Origin: Chiloscyllium plagiosum
Lineage: Eukaryota
NCBI RefSeq assembly: GCF_004010195.1
Contig: NC_057718.1
Coordinates: 78,728,935 to 78,757,139 of the forward strand
Length of the DNA stretch: 28,205 bases
Direction: 5' to 3'
Shown here one piece after another: positions 10,301 through 22,682 of this stretch. The position numbers and the translations under genes are program-made. The notes below the pieces were generated by a model. It did no database searches and was not told the DNA's origin. It saw only the letters and a list, made by a program, of their open reading frames with translations. The number at the start of each line of letters is the position of its first letter. Position 1 is the stretch's first letter.

Positions 10301-10858
10301 AAAGTAGATGTACCCTGTGTTTGTCCGCCCCTCAGCTGAAGACGTATAAGGGTCACCTCAAAACAAATGTTCAAAAGCAACTATCACCTGGATAGAAGAA
10401 ACTCTTTCCTGGCAGAAAGGAAGCTCACCAGCAGCTACTGATTGTCGGTGGTTGCCGACAGAAACATGGGCAAACTCTGCTTTTGGACATGGTCTTCTTG
10501 TATGCAGGTTCTTTTATACTGTAGTCTGAGAATTGCATAAACACTAATGGGGACAGGCAACTTCAGATATGAGGGGGAAATGCAACACAAAGGTTAAGTG
10601 ATAGGTCTTTGGTAGAATTTTTGAAAGTTTCATCCTGATTGCACTAAATCAATATTTGAGTGCTGTTTTTGTTACACTGTTTGCGTACAGAGAGTGGACC
10701 CGAGGCTTATAGTATTTGTTTTAGGTCACATTACAGCCTTCATGAAACTCACATATGATAGCAGGACGGAGATGTAAAATCCTTCGAGCTGACTGGCTGC
10801 ATCTGTTTTGGGCAGTTGGTGTGAAGTCCTCACTGGTCATCGGTCTCTGACTGGATTT

Positions 10859-12837
10859 GTCAACTGACAAGTGGGAAGCTTTCCGAAATGAGATAACAAG
10901 AGATCAGAGTCAGTATGGTCCTGTTAGAGTGAAGGGCAAGGCTGGTAAGAGTACGGAATACTGGATGACTAGAGATATCAAGGCCCTAGTCATGAAAAAA
11001 GAAGCATATGTCAGTTATAAACAGCTGGGATCGAGGGAATCCCTTGAAGAGTATAAGGGGCATATTTAAGAGGGGAATTAGGAGGGTATAAAAGTGGATG
11101 AGATAGCCTTGGCAGATATGGTTAAGGAGAATCTAAGAGATTCTACAAGTACATTAAGGGCAAAGGAGCAACTAAGGACAGATTAGGGCCACTTAAAGAT
11201 CAACTAGGTTATATATATGTGGAGGCACAGGAGATGGATGAGATAATAAACAAATATTTTGCAACAGCATTTACTGTGGAGAAAGACATAGAAGCTTGAG
11301 AACTTGGGGAAATAAATAGTGATGTCTTGAAAACAGTCCACATTACAGAAGAGGAGGTGGTGGAAGTCACTAAACATATAAAAGGAGACGAATCCCAGGG
11401 ATCTGACGAGTGCATCCAAGGACATTATGGGAAGCTAGGGAAGGAATTGTAGGGCCCCTCATGGAGATATTTGTATCATCGATAGCCACAAGAGGGGTAC
11501 CAGAAGACTGGAGGGTGGCTAATAATGTGCCTTTACTGAATAAAGTCTGCAAGGAAATGCCCAGGAGCTATAGACCAGTAACTCTGACATCAGTAGTAGG
11601 TAAGTTCTTGGGGGGGATTCTGAGAAACAGAATTTACATGCATTTGGACAGAAAAGAACTGAATAGGGAATGTCAGCATGGTTTTGGTGTGGAAAATCAA
11701 ACTTGATTGAGTTTTTGAGAACATGACCAAGAAGATAGATGAGGGCAAAGCAGTAGACATTGTCCACATGGACTTTCAGAAGGCATTCCACATGATAGAC
11801 TTGTGAGTAAAGTTAAATCACATGTGATTCAGGGAGAGGTAGCCAATCGGATACAAAATTGGCTTGGTGGTAGGAGACAGTGGGTGCTGGTAGAGGGTTG
11901 TTTTCCAGACTGAAGGCCTGTGACCAGTAGATGTTTCGCAGGGATCAGTGCTGTGGGTCCACGATTGTCATTTATATAAGAATATAAGAAACGTGGTTAG
12001 TAAGTTTGCTGATGACACCAAAATTGGTGGTATAGTGAACAGTGAAGAAGGTTGTCTGAGACTGCCAATTGGTTAAGGAGTGGCAGATAGAGTTTAATTT
12101 AGATAAACACAAAGTATTGCATTTTAGTGAGACAAACCAGAGCAGGACTTATACAGGTAATGGTAGAGCTTAGGGAGTGTTGGCGAACAGAGAGACTAAA
12201 GGTGCATGTACATGATCCCTTGAATGTGGCATCACAGGTAGACAGGGTGGTAAAGAAGGCATTTGGCAAGCTTGCATTCACTGGTCAGAGCATTGAGCAT
12301 AGGAGTTGGGACGTCATGTTGCAGCTATGCAGAATGTAGGACCACTTTTAGAATACTGCATGTAATTCTGCTCCTCCTGCTGTAGGAAAGATATTATTAA
12401 ATTGGAAAGGGAGCAGAAAAGATACACAAAGATGTTGTCAAGATTGGAAGGTTTGAGTTATTAGGAAAAGTTTATAGGCAGGGACTTCTTTCATTGGAGC
12501 ATAAGAGGTTAGGGGGTGACCTTAAAAATCATGAGGGCAGAGATAAGGTGAATAGCAAAGTTCTTTCCCCTAGGGTGGGGGAGTTCAAAACTAGAAGAGA
12601 AAGATTTTAAAAGGACCTGAGGGGAAACGTTTTCACACAGAGGGTGGTGCATATTTGGAATGAACTGCCAGAGGAAGTAGATACAGGTTCAGTTACAACA
12701 TTTAAAAGATGTTTGGGCAGGTACATGAATAGGAAAGGTTTAGAGGGATCGGGGCCAAATAGCTTTGGAAACGTGGTCAGCATGGATGAGTTGGACTAAA
12801 GGATCTATTTCTTTGCTGATGACTCTATGACTTTATG
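10859..12837 (+). mobile_element. CR1 LINE, 5'-truncated, degenerate ORF2
   Basis: KWEAFRNEI, HPRTLWEAREGIVGPL, VPEDWRVANNVPL, YRPVTLTSVVGK, an FADD motif near 12005, and a gactctatga tail. Confidence 0.92.
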
Positions 12838-13399
12838 CCATTAATACAAAAGAAATAATACAAATTATTTTCTGAATTCTAAACTACTATCTTCACCTTT
12901 ACTGTACAATCCTGTGAGATTGACAAGGCTTTGACTAGAGGCAGAAGATGTTTGAAGTGGGTATCAGCTGGACTCTGACAAACCAATTTCATTGACTGTC
13001 TTCACTCACTAGATGGAGCCCGGGAGCTCAAGAGTCATGCCAGAAGCAGAACCAGTAGCAAATATTGATTCAGAGATATGTTAGAGCTTCAACTATTTAC
13101 TATATTTATTTACAAATTAGTTACAATTGAAAGCCATATATACAAGCTTTCTAATGACACACAGGGTAAAATGAAGCATAAGACCACAAACAGCTGTTGA
13201 TAGATTGTGATTTGGTATTTGTGACTTCACCTTGTATTAGAACAGAACCCTGATCCTTCCAGGAGAAGACCAAGACCACTCCTGCATGGATGTAGTAATG
13301 TCCATGTTTTGCCAAATAAGTAAGCACTATGTATGTATCTGCCCCTCTTCCCTTCGTCCTGTTCTTATTCTCAATCATTGTCCACCATTTCTACCATCT

Positions 13400-14560
13400 T
13401 GCCCCAATGCTTTCTCTCTCATCCTGCAGGTTCCGCAAGCACTTCCACAATGTCTCCTGTGAAAGAACCATCCTCCTGCACCTCTAAGGATACCAGTCCC
13501 AAGGCTTAAGAGGAAGCATCAGCAAGGCTGCTGCCTGCACACCCTACTCCCACCCCTTCCATCTACTTGTCCAAATGACACTTCAAGCAGGGGGAGCTGT
13601 CATCCTAGAGAGTGACGCTATATAACCGAGAGGCCACCTCATATGACAGCTGTACCACTGGCTGAGGAAGAAACTGCCACTGTCTCTTGGAGGACTGCCA
13701 GAGACCAGCCACATGCTCACCTCCAGGTGATTGTAGCTTTGGCTACGGGTCAGATCATGCAAGTGCACAAGGAGGAGCAGCAGTGGCAGACAGCTATGTG
13801 TGATGTAATGGTTCAGATTGCTCAGGGCTTACAGTTACAAAGACTAAGCCAAGAGAACTCAGTGCATCTACTTCAGCTGCAAATGCACACCCACTCATCC
13901 CGTTCTCCTTCCCTCCTCTTCCTTAGTTTCTGTTGATGAACCTTACCATGGTCCACCTCATTGATTAACATGATCGGACAGCCCTGGGCAAAATTTGACA
14001 AGATCTCTCTCTGCTGCCTTTATGTTTCTCTGATTGCATTTGCCCTATCCCTTGGAGTTACCATTGCACAGCCAATGGACTGACCATGTTCAACTGCAGA
14101 GACATCGCCCCCTGACCATGAATATCCTAAGGAGACATCTGAGCATGGTCATTGTCCCAACTGGTGGGAAGGCTGCCCTTATTGAAGTCTCCATGGACTT
14201 CAGTGAGGTCTACTTAGAGTTGGACACATGGCTGCCTGCTTGCTGCACTGGCGGTGTGTGTGTAGAGTAGGCTGCTGGCACATGGAGGAGTTGTGAGGTG
14301 AAAAATGTGTGCCCCTGTCCCCAGGCTGAGGACTCCATAGCAGCGTGGCAGGATTCGGTTGGTTGTTTCACTCTTCTGATTGGCATGGCAAAGACAAGCC
14401 AGGGATCCTATAAGAAAGCAGGTAGGTGCCATATGAGTAGCAAACAAGCAGCCCTGAGTTGCAACTGCTCCAGTCTGTGAGCTGGATACTTGTCTTGTGC
14501 ACTAAGTGACCCTATTGCAGCCTTCATTTCTAGTTGCTGGCATTTCCTGAAATGCAAGTC
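13400..14560. mobile_element. Probable degraded Harbinger/PIF-type DNA transposon relic (Myb/SANT-gene 3' exon on +)
   Basis: Strong acceptor tttctctctcatcctgcag|g at 13429/13430, then S/T/P-rich and coiled-coil-like coding (AEEETA..RTARDQPHAHLQ..QVHKEEQQWQTAMCD) resembling the tail of fish/shark Harbinger Myb proteins. Recognised from recall only. Confidence 0.4.
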
Positions 14561-14587
14561 TCTCCTTCCAGATGTGTACTGCCAGTG

Positions 14588-15010
14588 CCTTCGGTCCAAC
14601 TCATCCGTGCCAACCAGATATCCCAACCCAATCTAGTCCCACCTGCCAGCACCCGGCCCATATCCCTCCAAACCCTTCCTATTCATACACCCATCCAGAT
14701 GCCTTTTAGATTGTACCAGCCTACACCATTTCCTCTGGCAGCTCATTCCATACCCGCTCCACCCTCTGTGTGAAAATGTTGCCCCTTAGATCTTTTTCCC
14801 CTCTCACCCTAAACCTATGCCCTCTAGTTCTGGACTCTCCCACCCCAGGGAAAAGACCTTGTCTATTTACCCTGTCCGTGTCCTTCATGATTTTATAAAC
14901 CTCTAAGGTCACCCCTCAGCCTCCGACGCTCCAGGGAAAACAGCCCTAGCCTATTCAGCCTCTCCCTATAGCTCAAATCCTCCTACTCTGGCAGCATCCT
15001 TGTAAATCTT
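14588..15010 (-). mobile_element. CR1 LINE 3' fragment
   Basis: ORF2 C-terminus EVYKIMKDTDRVNRQGLFPGVGESRTRGHRFRVRG..FTQRVERVWNELPEE plus 3' UTR. Confidence 0.92.
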
Positions 15011-15119
15011 GCCAGATGCCAAAAGAGGATGAGCTCCTGTGCCTGGTGCTCATGAATTGTGTCCAAGACTGCAGTTTAATCAGAGGCAACTTGGAAGTCA
15101 TCCGGAGAATGAGATACGT

Positions 15120-15422
15120 GGGTGGCACAGTGGTTAGCACTGCTGCCTCACAGCGCCAGAGACCGGGGTTCAATTCCCGCCTCAGGCGACTGACTGTGTG
15201 GAGTTTGCATGTTCTCCCCGTGTCTGCGTGGGTTTCCTCCGGGTGCTCCGGTTTCCTCCCACAGTCCAAAGATGTGCAGGTCAGGTGAATTGGTCATGCT
15301 AAATTGCCCGTAGTGTTAGGTAAGGGGTAAATGTAGGGGTATGGGTGGGTTGTGCTTCGGCGGGTCGGTGGACTTGTTGAGCCAAAGGGCCTGTTTCCAC
15401 ACTGTAATGTAATCTAATCTAA
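15120..15422 (+). mobile_element. HE1-type V-SINE (tRNA-derived)
   Basis: tRNA-like head (gtggttagcactgctgcctcacagc..ggttcaattccc), V-domain (gtgtggagtttgca..ttctccccgtgtctgcgtgggtttcctccggg), CR1-like tail ending (taatc)n. Confidence 0.92.
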
Positions 15423-15623
15423 TAAACTAAATTCATCAGGTACAAGCTCTGGTTTCCTTGTCAAGTTTTGCTGGTGCCTGATTTGTTTGGCCGGTTTGCT
15501 AAAATGGGAGTGTGAACATTAATGAGCTGAACTGAACTGTTAGCATGGCATTTAATATTCAAAAATGGCCCATTAATTGGCATCTCACCGCAGCTTAATG
15601 AGAATCTCATTCTTCCAGAATGA

Positions 15624-15884
15624 GACCAGAGATGGATGCCCTGCTCAACTTACCTTGAATCACTTTAGCAGAGCCACTTCAGCATTGGGATAGGCAGTCA
15701 TTCTCATCCTCCTCCTTGCTGGAGACAATGCTTGTTTGACAAACTGTTCTAAGATGTTTGCCTTATGCTTTAGAACACTCAATAAATTTGATGGAATTTC
15801 CCACTCCTTACCACTGTTTTCCACTTGCTATAGTAACTTCACTTCCTCACCAATTGACAACACTTCTTACTCAGCTTTAGCCAT
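15624..15884 (-). pseudogene. Tigger/pogo transposase N-terminal relic (CENP-B-type HTH domains)
   Basis: ATG at 15884 gives MAKAE*EVLSIGEEVKLL*QVENSGKEWEIPSNLLSVLKHKANILEQFVKQALSPARRRMRMTAYPNAEVALLK*FKVS*AG. This is colinear with TIGD4/TIGD6-type N-termini (LSIEEK...[20 protein letters not shown]). Four in-frame stops. Confidence 0.8.
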
Positions 15885-16136
15885 ATTTGTTGGCTTTGAA
15901 CATCTTCTTAAAGGAAGCTCTTGATGTCAAATGACAACTTGTCCAAGTCGTGTGATTTCACATTCCAGCATGCCCTGACTCTATTCCATTTGGCACAGTT
16001 ATATGACAAGTTTGCTCCTTTTGAATTTGACATTCTATTAATGAGAGTGGCTGGGATCTTTGATACATCTGGAATCTTCAGTTATCCAAATTTGTGGGTG
16101 TACCTACCCCAAATAGACTTTAGCAGTCTGAGAAAA

Positions 16137-17525
16137 CTGAGATATTTGTATCATCGATAGCCACGGATGAGGTGCCGGAAGACTGGAGGTTGGCGAACGT
16201 GGTGCCACTATTTAAAAAAGGTGGTAAGGAAAAGCTAGGGAACTATAGACCAATGAGTCTAATATCAGTGCAGGGAATCCTGAGGCACAGGATTTACATG
16301 TATTTGGAAAGGCAAGGACTGTTTAGGGATAGTCAACATGAATCTGTGCAAGGGAAATTGTATCTCACTAACTTCATTTAGTTTTTTTTGATGAAGTAAC
16401 AAAGAGGATTGATGAGGGCAGAGCAGTGGACACAACCTATATTGACTTCAGTAAAGCATTCAACAAGATTTCTCATAGAACGCAAGAAGAATTTGGATTC
16501 AGAATTGGCTTGAAGGTAGAAGACAGAGGGTGGAGGTGGAGGGTTGCTTTTCAGACTGGAGGCCTGTTGACTAGCCATGTGCCACAAGGATTGGTGCTGG
16601 GTTCACTGCTTTTTGTCATTTATATAAATGATTTGAACATAGAAGGTATGCTTAGTAAGTTTGCAAATGACACCAAAAGTAGAGATGTAGTGGACAGCAA
16701 AGAAGGTTACCTCAGAGTGCAACGGAATCTTGATCAGATGGACAAATGGGGCAAGAATTGGCAGATGGAGTTTAATTTAGATAAATGTGAGGTGCTGCAT
16801 TTTGGAAAAGCAAGTCAGGGCAGGACTTATGCACTTAATGGTAAGGTCCTGGGGAGTGTTGTTGAAAAAAAGAGACCTTGGAGTGCAGGTTCATATTTTC
16901 TTGAAAGTGGAGACTCGGGTAGAAAGCGTTTGGTATGCTTGCCTTTATTGGTCAGTGCATTGACAAAAGGAATTGAGAGGTCATGTTGTTAGGCTGTTGG
17001 TTAGGCCACTCTTAGAATATTGTGTTCAAATCTGATCTCCCTACCATAGGAAGGATGTTGTGAAACTTGAAAGGGTTGAGAAAAGATTTACAAGGATGTT
17101 GCCTGGGCTGGAGGGTTTGAGCTATTGGGAAAGGCTGAATATGCTGGGGCTGTTTTCTCTGGAGGATCGGAGGATGAGAGGTGACCTTGTAGTGGTACAG
17201 AAAATCACAAAAGGCATGGTTAGGGTAAATAGACAAGATCTTTTCCCCAAGGTGAGAGGGGAAAGATTTAAGTGGGACCTAAGGGGCAAGTTTTTCACAG
17301 AGACTGTGGCTCTTATGTGGAATGAGCAGCCAGAGGAAGTGGTGAAGGCTGGTACAATTACAACATTTGAAAGGATGGGTATATGAATAGGAAGGGTTTA
17401 GAGGGTTATGGGCCAAACACTGGCAAATGAGACTAGATTGATTTAGGATATCTGGTCGGCATGGGCAAGTTAGACTGAAGCATTCATTTCCATGCTCTAC
17501 AGCTCTATGACTCTGTGACTCTAAG
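16137..17525 (+). mobile_element. CR1 LINE, 5'-truncated (RT plus 3' tail)
   Basis: PEDWRLANVVPLFKKG..NYRPMSL, YIDFSKAF, VPQGLVLGSLLFVIYINDL, KFANDTK, and a ctctatgactctgtgactc tail. Confidence 0.93.
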
Positions 17526-17699
17526 ACAGATGACCACTTTCTCAAGGACAATTAGAAATTGATTGCTGACCCAAGTAGTGAGGTCCACATTTCATGAATT
17601 AATCAATGTAATTGATTCAGCTACAATTAATTAAATAAATACATTCATTGAATACATAATAAAGCTTGGTAACATTGAGATATAAATTTTGTATCTGGA

Positions 17700-19340
17700 C
17701 CGCAGAATGTGCGAATCTTGGATAGTGAGACCGACCTGAGCAAACATGTTGGAGATATCTCCAACTGAATTTCTACAGCATTGAATTATGGAGCTGAAGT
17801 ACAAGTAATGAGAGATTCTTATGCATAAGGGAGGGGTGTGTTTTCTGAACAATTTTATCAAAAATATGATTATACTCCTGCAAAAATACAGGTTCAGGAT
17901 AGTGACTAATAGGGAATTAGATAGGTAGCAGGGATTTAGGAAAGATGAGAAGGTCATCTGCAAGAAACAGGCCCTGTCCATCAGATGCAATATACTGTCT
18001 AGCTGTGAGGTCAAGGAGAAAGACAGCAGAGAGAACTTCACAATAATAGACCTAGGCACTATGGCTCAGGCGGTTGCTCAGGATGAGGTATAAGGGGGTG
18101 GAGATCGAGTAGAACTGAAATGTAATTGTAATAGAGGATTCTATATCGAGGAGGGTGAATTGCATTACCTGCAGCTAAGAGTAAGAAATCTGAAGGGTGT
18201 GTTGCCCATCAGTGTAAGGGTCAGGAATATTTCCTGGTGTCTGGAAATTAATTTAGATATAAAGAGGGTGAATCTGGTTGATGTGATCCATGTTGAGAAG
18301 ATGAAAGGAAATTCTTCTGAAAAACTGTTGAGAGTTAAACACTACGTTGAAGAGCAGCGCCTTGTAGTTACTTCTGGAAAATTGCCTAAGCCATGTGCAA
18401 ATCGGTATAGGAGCAGACATCTGGAGATCTGGCCAAAGGGCTGATGGGGAAAGCAGTTCCTATGCATGTTACTAGGTTTGGTTCTTGTGAGTATAGTGTG
18501 CAGTTTTAGTCTCCTTACCTGAGGAAGGATGTTCTGGCTATGGAAGGACTGCAGGTTTCTCTTTATGCATAGCCAGCAAATAGTAATGGCACATGTAAGA
18601 TTGGGAGAAGTAGGACATGAGATATGCCATTGGGTGTAGTAGATAATTAATTAGGTGAGCTTGGTAAGATATGGCAAGAGATCTTACTAGGCCTCACAGC
18701 AACAAATGCCAAAAAGTTTGACTGAACTCAGACTATGCCAAAAAAATGTATGATTCAGTCCAGCAAATTTAAAAAGCCTAAAAAAAGGAAGATTTACCAT
18801 TTGGAAATATTACCAGAGAATGAAGCAATATGAATAATTGAAGTAAAAGTAGGGATTCATCTTTTCAATTGTAAGCGTTCTATAAGGGGTGGTAGGTATA
18901 GGACAGATGTTAGGGGTAGATTCTTTACTCAGCGAGTCGTGAGTTCATGGAATGCCCTGCCAGTAGCAGTGGTGGACTCTCCCTCTTTATGGGCATTTAA
19001 ACGGGCATTGGATAGGCATATGGAGGATAGTGGGCTAGTGTAGGTTAGGTGGGCTTGGATCGGCGCAACATCGTGGGCCAAAGGGCCTGTACTGCGCTGT
19101 ATTTTTCTATGTTCTATGTTCTATAGTTTAATATGAAGCTGATGATAGAGGAGAACATTTTATAAGAAAATAGTTGAATAGATTGCCCAAAAAGTGATTT
19201 AGAGGTGCTGAGAATTGAACAAAAGAAAATAGAGTGGGCAACAATATCAGGAAAGAGCAGTCTGGAATGAGATGTGGAAGCTTTTAAGATGTGGTATTCA
19301 GCAAGATGCAGAAAAATACAACCCCTTCAAAGGAATGACG
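17700..19340 (+). mobile_element. Old fragmented CR1: ORF1 esterase relic (about 18120-18290) plus scattered ORF2 pieces
   Basis: NVIVIEDSISRRVN..VCC(L)P..RVRNIS matches the CR1 ORF1 SGNH/esterase motif VIGDSIVRG..VCCLPGARV.D. ORF2-like pieces occur at about 18489-18550 and 19190-19330. Confidence 0.6.
18875..19124 (+). mobile_element. Young CR1 3' fragment
   Basis: GRYRTDVRGRFFTQRVVSSWNALP C-terminus, retained CpGs, (ttctatg)n tail. Confidence 0.9.
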
Positions 19341-19380
19341 AGTGAAATTCAAAGCGGAATAAAGTCATAGGGAGCTGTCA

Positions 19381-20100
19381 TGTTGTCTTCCTAACACAAA
19401 GTTACCACTTTCAGACAGATCCTGTTAATGTGGTAGATTAAGTTTGAAAATCTAACATAGGTCTGCTCATCAGATAGGTTGGTTACAGAGACACAGTACT
19501 TCTAGTTAAGTTGAATCACAGCTGCGCACACTTATATATTGCATGCAGTAACCTGGACTCTTCATGGCTGCAGTCACCATATCACTGGTTCATTACCAAA
19601 CTCAGCTCTTTAAGTGATAATATACAGCCCTTCTCTCCCACAAATACAGTATCACAAGAAAGAAGGTATATGCACATTAGGGTAGCTGAAAGACTATTTA
19701 CGCAGAAACAAGATTTGAAAAATACAAGAGTTTATAAATCTGACAGTCTATATATGTATACGTAGTTTGACAATTTTTATGATCACATGATGAAATGACC
19801 TTCTTGAGGTTTCCGAGACTTTTGTTTTATCTTAGTAATACCCGTGTGTCCTTCATAGACAAAATGCATATATTTTTGCTGCAGCACTTTCAACCTAGTC
19901 GCTTGCGTTCTGTTTACAATATAGTTGTCATCAAACAATGTGAGCTCATTGTGCACTCCGTTGTGTAAGATCAGATGTTCCTCCATTTCACAAGGAGATT
20001 CAGGTACTGAGTGGCTTACTTTCTGTAGTATGTTGTCAGCTTTGACCTTCAACACCTCTTGCATCACAAGTTGCGTGCAAAAGCACCACTGTAATAGTCT
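19381..20100 (-). mobile_element. Gypsy/Ty3 LTR retrotransposon relic (pre-integrase and zinc-binding region, about 19810-20070, plus a possible LTR at about 19381-19627)
   Basis: ADNILQKV...VHNELTLFDDNYIV...LQQKYMHFVYEGHTGITKIKQKSR resembles the Gypsy pol motif ELS..D..LRG.R...LAHEGHQGI.KTKQRLR. The LTR assignment is tentative. Confidence 0.7.
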
Positions 20101-20334
20101 TGCGTTGCTTTCCTATCAATAATGTTGACTGTAATAATAGTGCAGCTAAACATTTCAGCAACTTGTTGATCAGACTATCTGCAATTACATAGACATGTGT
20201 TTCAGAATATGACTTACATGAAACAAATGGAATATGAAAAAGGAAAGCAAATGAAATACGAATATGGTATAATCTCATCATTCTCTAGTAGAATGTTTGG
20301 TTACATTGGTTAAAGAATGTCTGATTTATGGTTT

Positions 20335-20818
20335 GGAGGTCAGGTTGCGGCTGTACAGGACATTTGTTAAGCTACTGTTGGAATTCTGTGTGCAATTCTG
20401 GTCTCCCTGCTTTAGGAAGGAAGTTGTAAAACATGGATGGGTTCAGAAATGACTTTACAAGGATGATGCCAGGATTGGAGGGTTTGAGTCAATGGGAGAG
20501 ACTGAATAGACTGGGCCATCAGAGGCTGAGGGGTGACCTCATAGAGGTTTATAAAATCATGAGAGGCATGGATAGGATATAGACAAAGTCTTTTCCTTGG
20601 TATCCAGGAGTCCAAAACAGGAGGGCATAGGTTTTGGGTGAGAGTAGAAAGATTTAAAAGGGACCTAAGGGGCAACATTTTGACACAGAGGGCTGAGTGT
20701 ATGGAATGAGCTGCCAAAGGAAGTGGTGGAGACTGGCACAATTACAATATTTAAAAGGCATCTGGATGGGTATATGAATAGGAAAGGTTTATAGGGAATT
20801 GGGCCAAATGCTGGCAAA
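20335..20818 (+). mobile_element. CR1 3' fragment (host copy, left part)
   Basis: ORF2 C-terminal motifs. Breaks at gggccaaatgctggcaaa and resumes at 22602. Confidence 0.88.
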
Positions 20819-22601
20819 CGTTTCTTTCAATACATAAGAAACAAATGAGAGGCAAAAGTAGAGATTAGGCCACTCCAAACTGATGCCAGAAGGCTGGTGA
20901 TGGGAATAAGGAAATAGCTGAAAAACTTAGTAAATACTTTGTGTCAGTCTTCACAGTGGAAGACATGAGTAATATCCCAACAATTAAGGAGAGTCAAGGG
21001 GCAGAGTTGAGTATGGTGGCCATTACAAAGGAGAAAGTACTTGATAAGCTAAAAGGTCAAAAAACTGAAAAATCTCCTGGCCCAACTGGGCCACATTCTA
21101 GAATTCTGAGGGAAGTGGCTGAAGAAATAACGGAGATGTTGGTTGTAATCTTTCAAAAATCACAAGTCAGGGAAAGTCCCGATGATTGGAAAATCGCTGT
21201 TGTAGACCCCTTGTTCAAGAAAGGATCAAGACAAAAGATGAAAAATTATAGGCTGATTAGCCTAACCTCAGTTGTTAAAATTCTAGAATCCATCGTTAAG
21301 GATGATATTTCAAAATTCTTAGAATTGTAGGGTCGAATTAGAACAAGTCAGCATGGATTTAGTAAGGGAAGGTTGTGCCTGACAAGCCTGCTAGAATTCT
21401 TTAAAGAGGTAACAAATACGTTAAACCAGGAAAACCTGGTGGATGTTATCTACCTAGACTTCCAAAGGACCTTTGATAAGGTGCCTCACGGGAGGCTGCT
21501 GAGTAAAGTGAGGGCCCATGGTGTTTGAGGTAAACTACTGGCATGGATTGAGCATTGGCTGTCTGACAGAAGGCAGAGAGTTGGGATAAAGGTTCTTTTT
21601 CAGAATGGCAGCTGGTGACAAGTGGTGTCCTGCAGGATTTAGTGTTGGGGCTGCAGTTGGATCTGGATGAAGGGACTGGGGGGCATCCAGGTGAAGTTCG
21701 CTGATGATATAAAGTTAGGTGGACAGGCAGGTAGTTCTGAGGGGGTGGGGAGGCTACAGAAAGATTTAGACAGTTTAGGAGAATGGTCCAAGAAATGGCT
21801 GAGCAAATGCGAGGTCTTGCACTATGTAAAAAAGGACACAGGCATGGACTATTTTATAAACGGTGAGAAAATTCATAAAGCCAAAGTACAAAGGGATATG
21901 GGAGTGCTAGTACAGGATTTTCTAAAGGTTGACTTGCAGGTTGAGTCAGTGGTTAAGAAAGCAAATGTAATGTCATTTATTTCAAGAGGGTTGGAATGTA
22001 AAAGCAGTGAGGTGCTTCTAAGACTTTATAAAGCTCTGGTCAGGCCCCGTTTAGAATATGGTGTCCAGTTTTGGGCCCCACACCTCAGGAAGGACATGCT
22101 GGCACTGGAGTGTGTCCAATGGAGATTCACACGGATGATCCCTGGAATGGTAGGCCTAACATACGATGAACAGCTGAGGATCCTGGGATTGTATTCATTA
22201 GAGTTCAGAAGGTTGAGGGGAGATCTAATAGAAGCTTACAAGATAATGCATGGCTTAGAAAGGGTGGACGTTGGGAAATTGTTTCCGTCAGGCGGGGATA
22301 CTAGGACACGTGGGCACAGCCTTAGAATTAGAAGGGTTCAATTTAGGATGGAAAAGAGGATACATTTGTTCAGCCAGAGAGTGGTGGGCCTGTGGAATTC
22401 ACTGCCAAGGAGTGCAGTGGAGGCTGGGACGTTAAATGTCTTCAAGGCAGAGATTGATAAATTCTTAATCTCACAAGGAATTAAGGGCTACGGGGAGGGT
22501 GCGGGTAAGTGGCGTTGAAATGCCCATCAGCCATGATTGAATGGCGGAGTGGACTAGATGCGCTAAATGGCCTTACTTCCACTCCTATTTCTTATGGTCT
22601 T
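20819..22601 (+). mobile_element. CR1 LINE of a different subfamily inserted into the 3' UTR of the previous CR1
   Basis: KSPGPTGPHSRILREVAEEI, NYRLISLTSVVKILE, YLDFQRTFDKVPH, KFADDIKL, and a cttatggtctta tail. Confidence 0.92.
21667..22518 (+). pseudogene. Open C-terminal part of the CR1 RT ORF2 (283 aa)
   Basis: FADD, KCEVLH, LYKALVRPRLEYGVQFWAP, RTRGHSLRI. The upstream part of the ORF has stops and deletions. Confidence 0.85.
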
Positions 22602-22682
22602 AAATGGGACTAGATTTATTTAGGATATCTGGTCGGTATGGTCGAATTGGACAGAAGGGTCTGTTTTCTGTATGACTCTGTG
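22602..22682 (+). mobile_element. CR1 3' tail (host copy, right part)
   Basis: aaatgggactagatt..taggatatctggtcgg matches the tail following ctggcaaa in the uninterrupted copy at about 17419-17520. Confidence 0.85.

Noticed and set aside
9881..10415. snoRNA pair in the duplicated motif
   Set aside because: No convincing C/D boxes, and no H box plus two-hairpin ACA architecture in both copies.
15120..15185. tRNA gene (also at 23883 and 26002)
   Set aside because: These are tRNA-derived SINE heads continuing into a V-domain and LINE tail.
17631..18059. 142-aa hydrophobic minus-strand ORF
   Set aside because: Antisense to a decayed CR1 ORF1 region; its composition reflects A-rich plus-strand bias.
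21667..22518. Functional or domesticated reverse transcriptase gene
   Set aside because: It is only the C-terminal part of a 5'-truncated CR1 with upstream stops and deletions.
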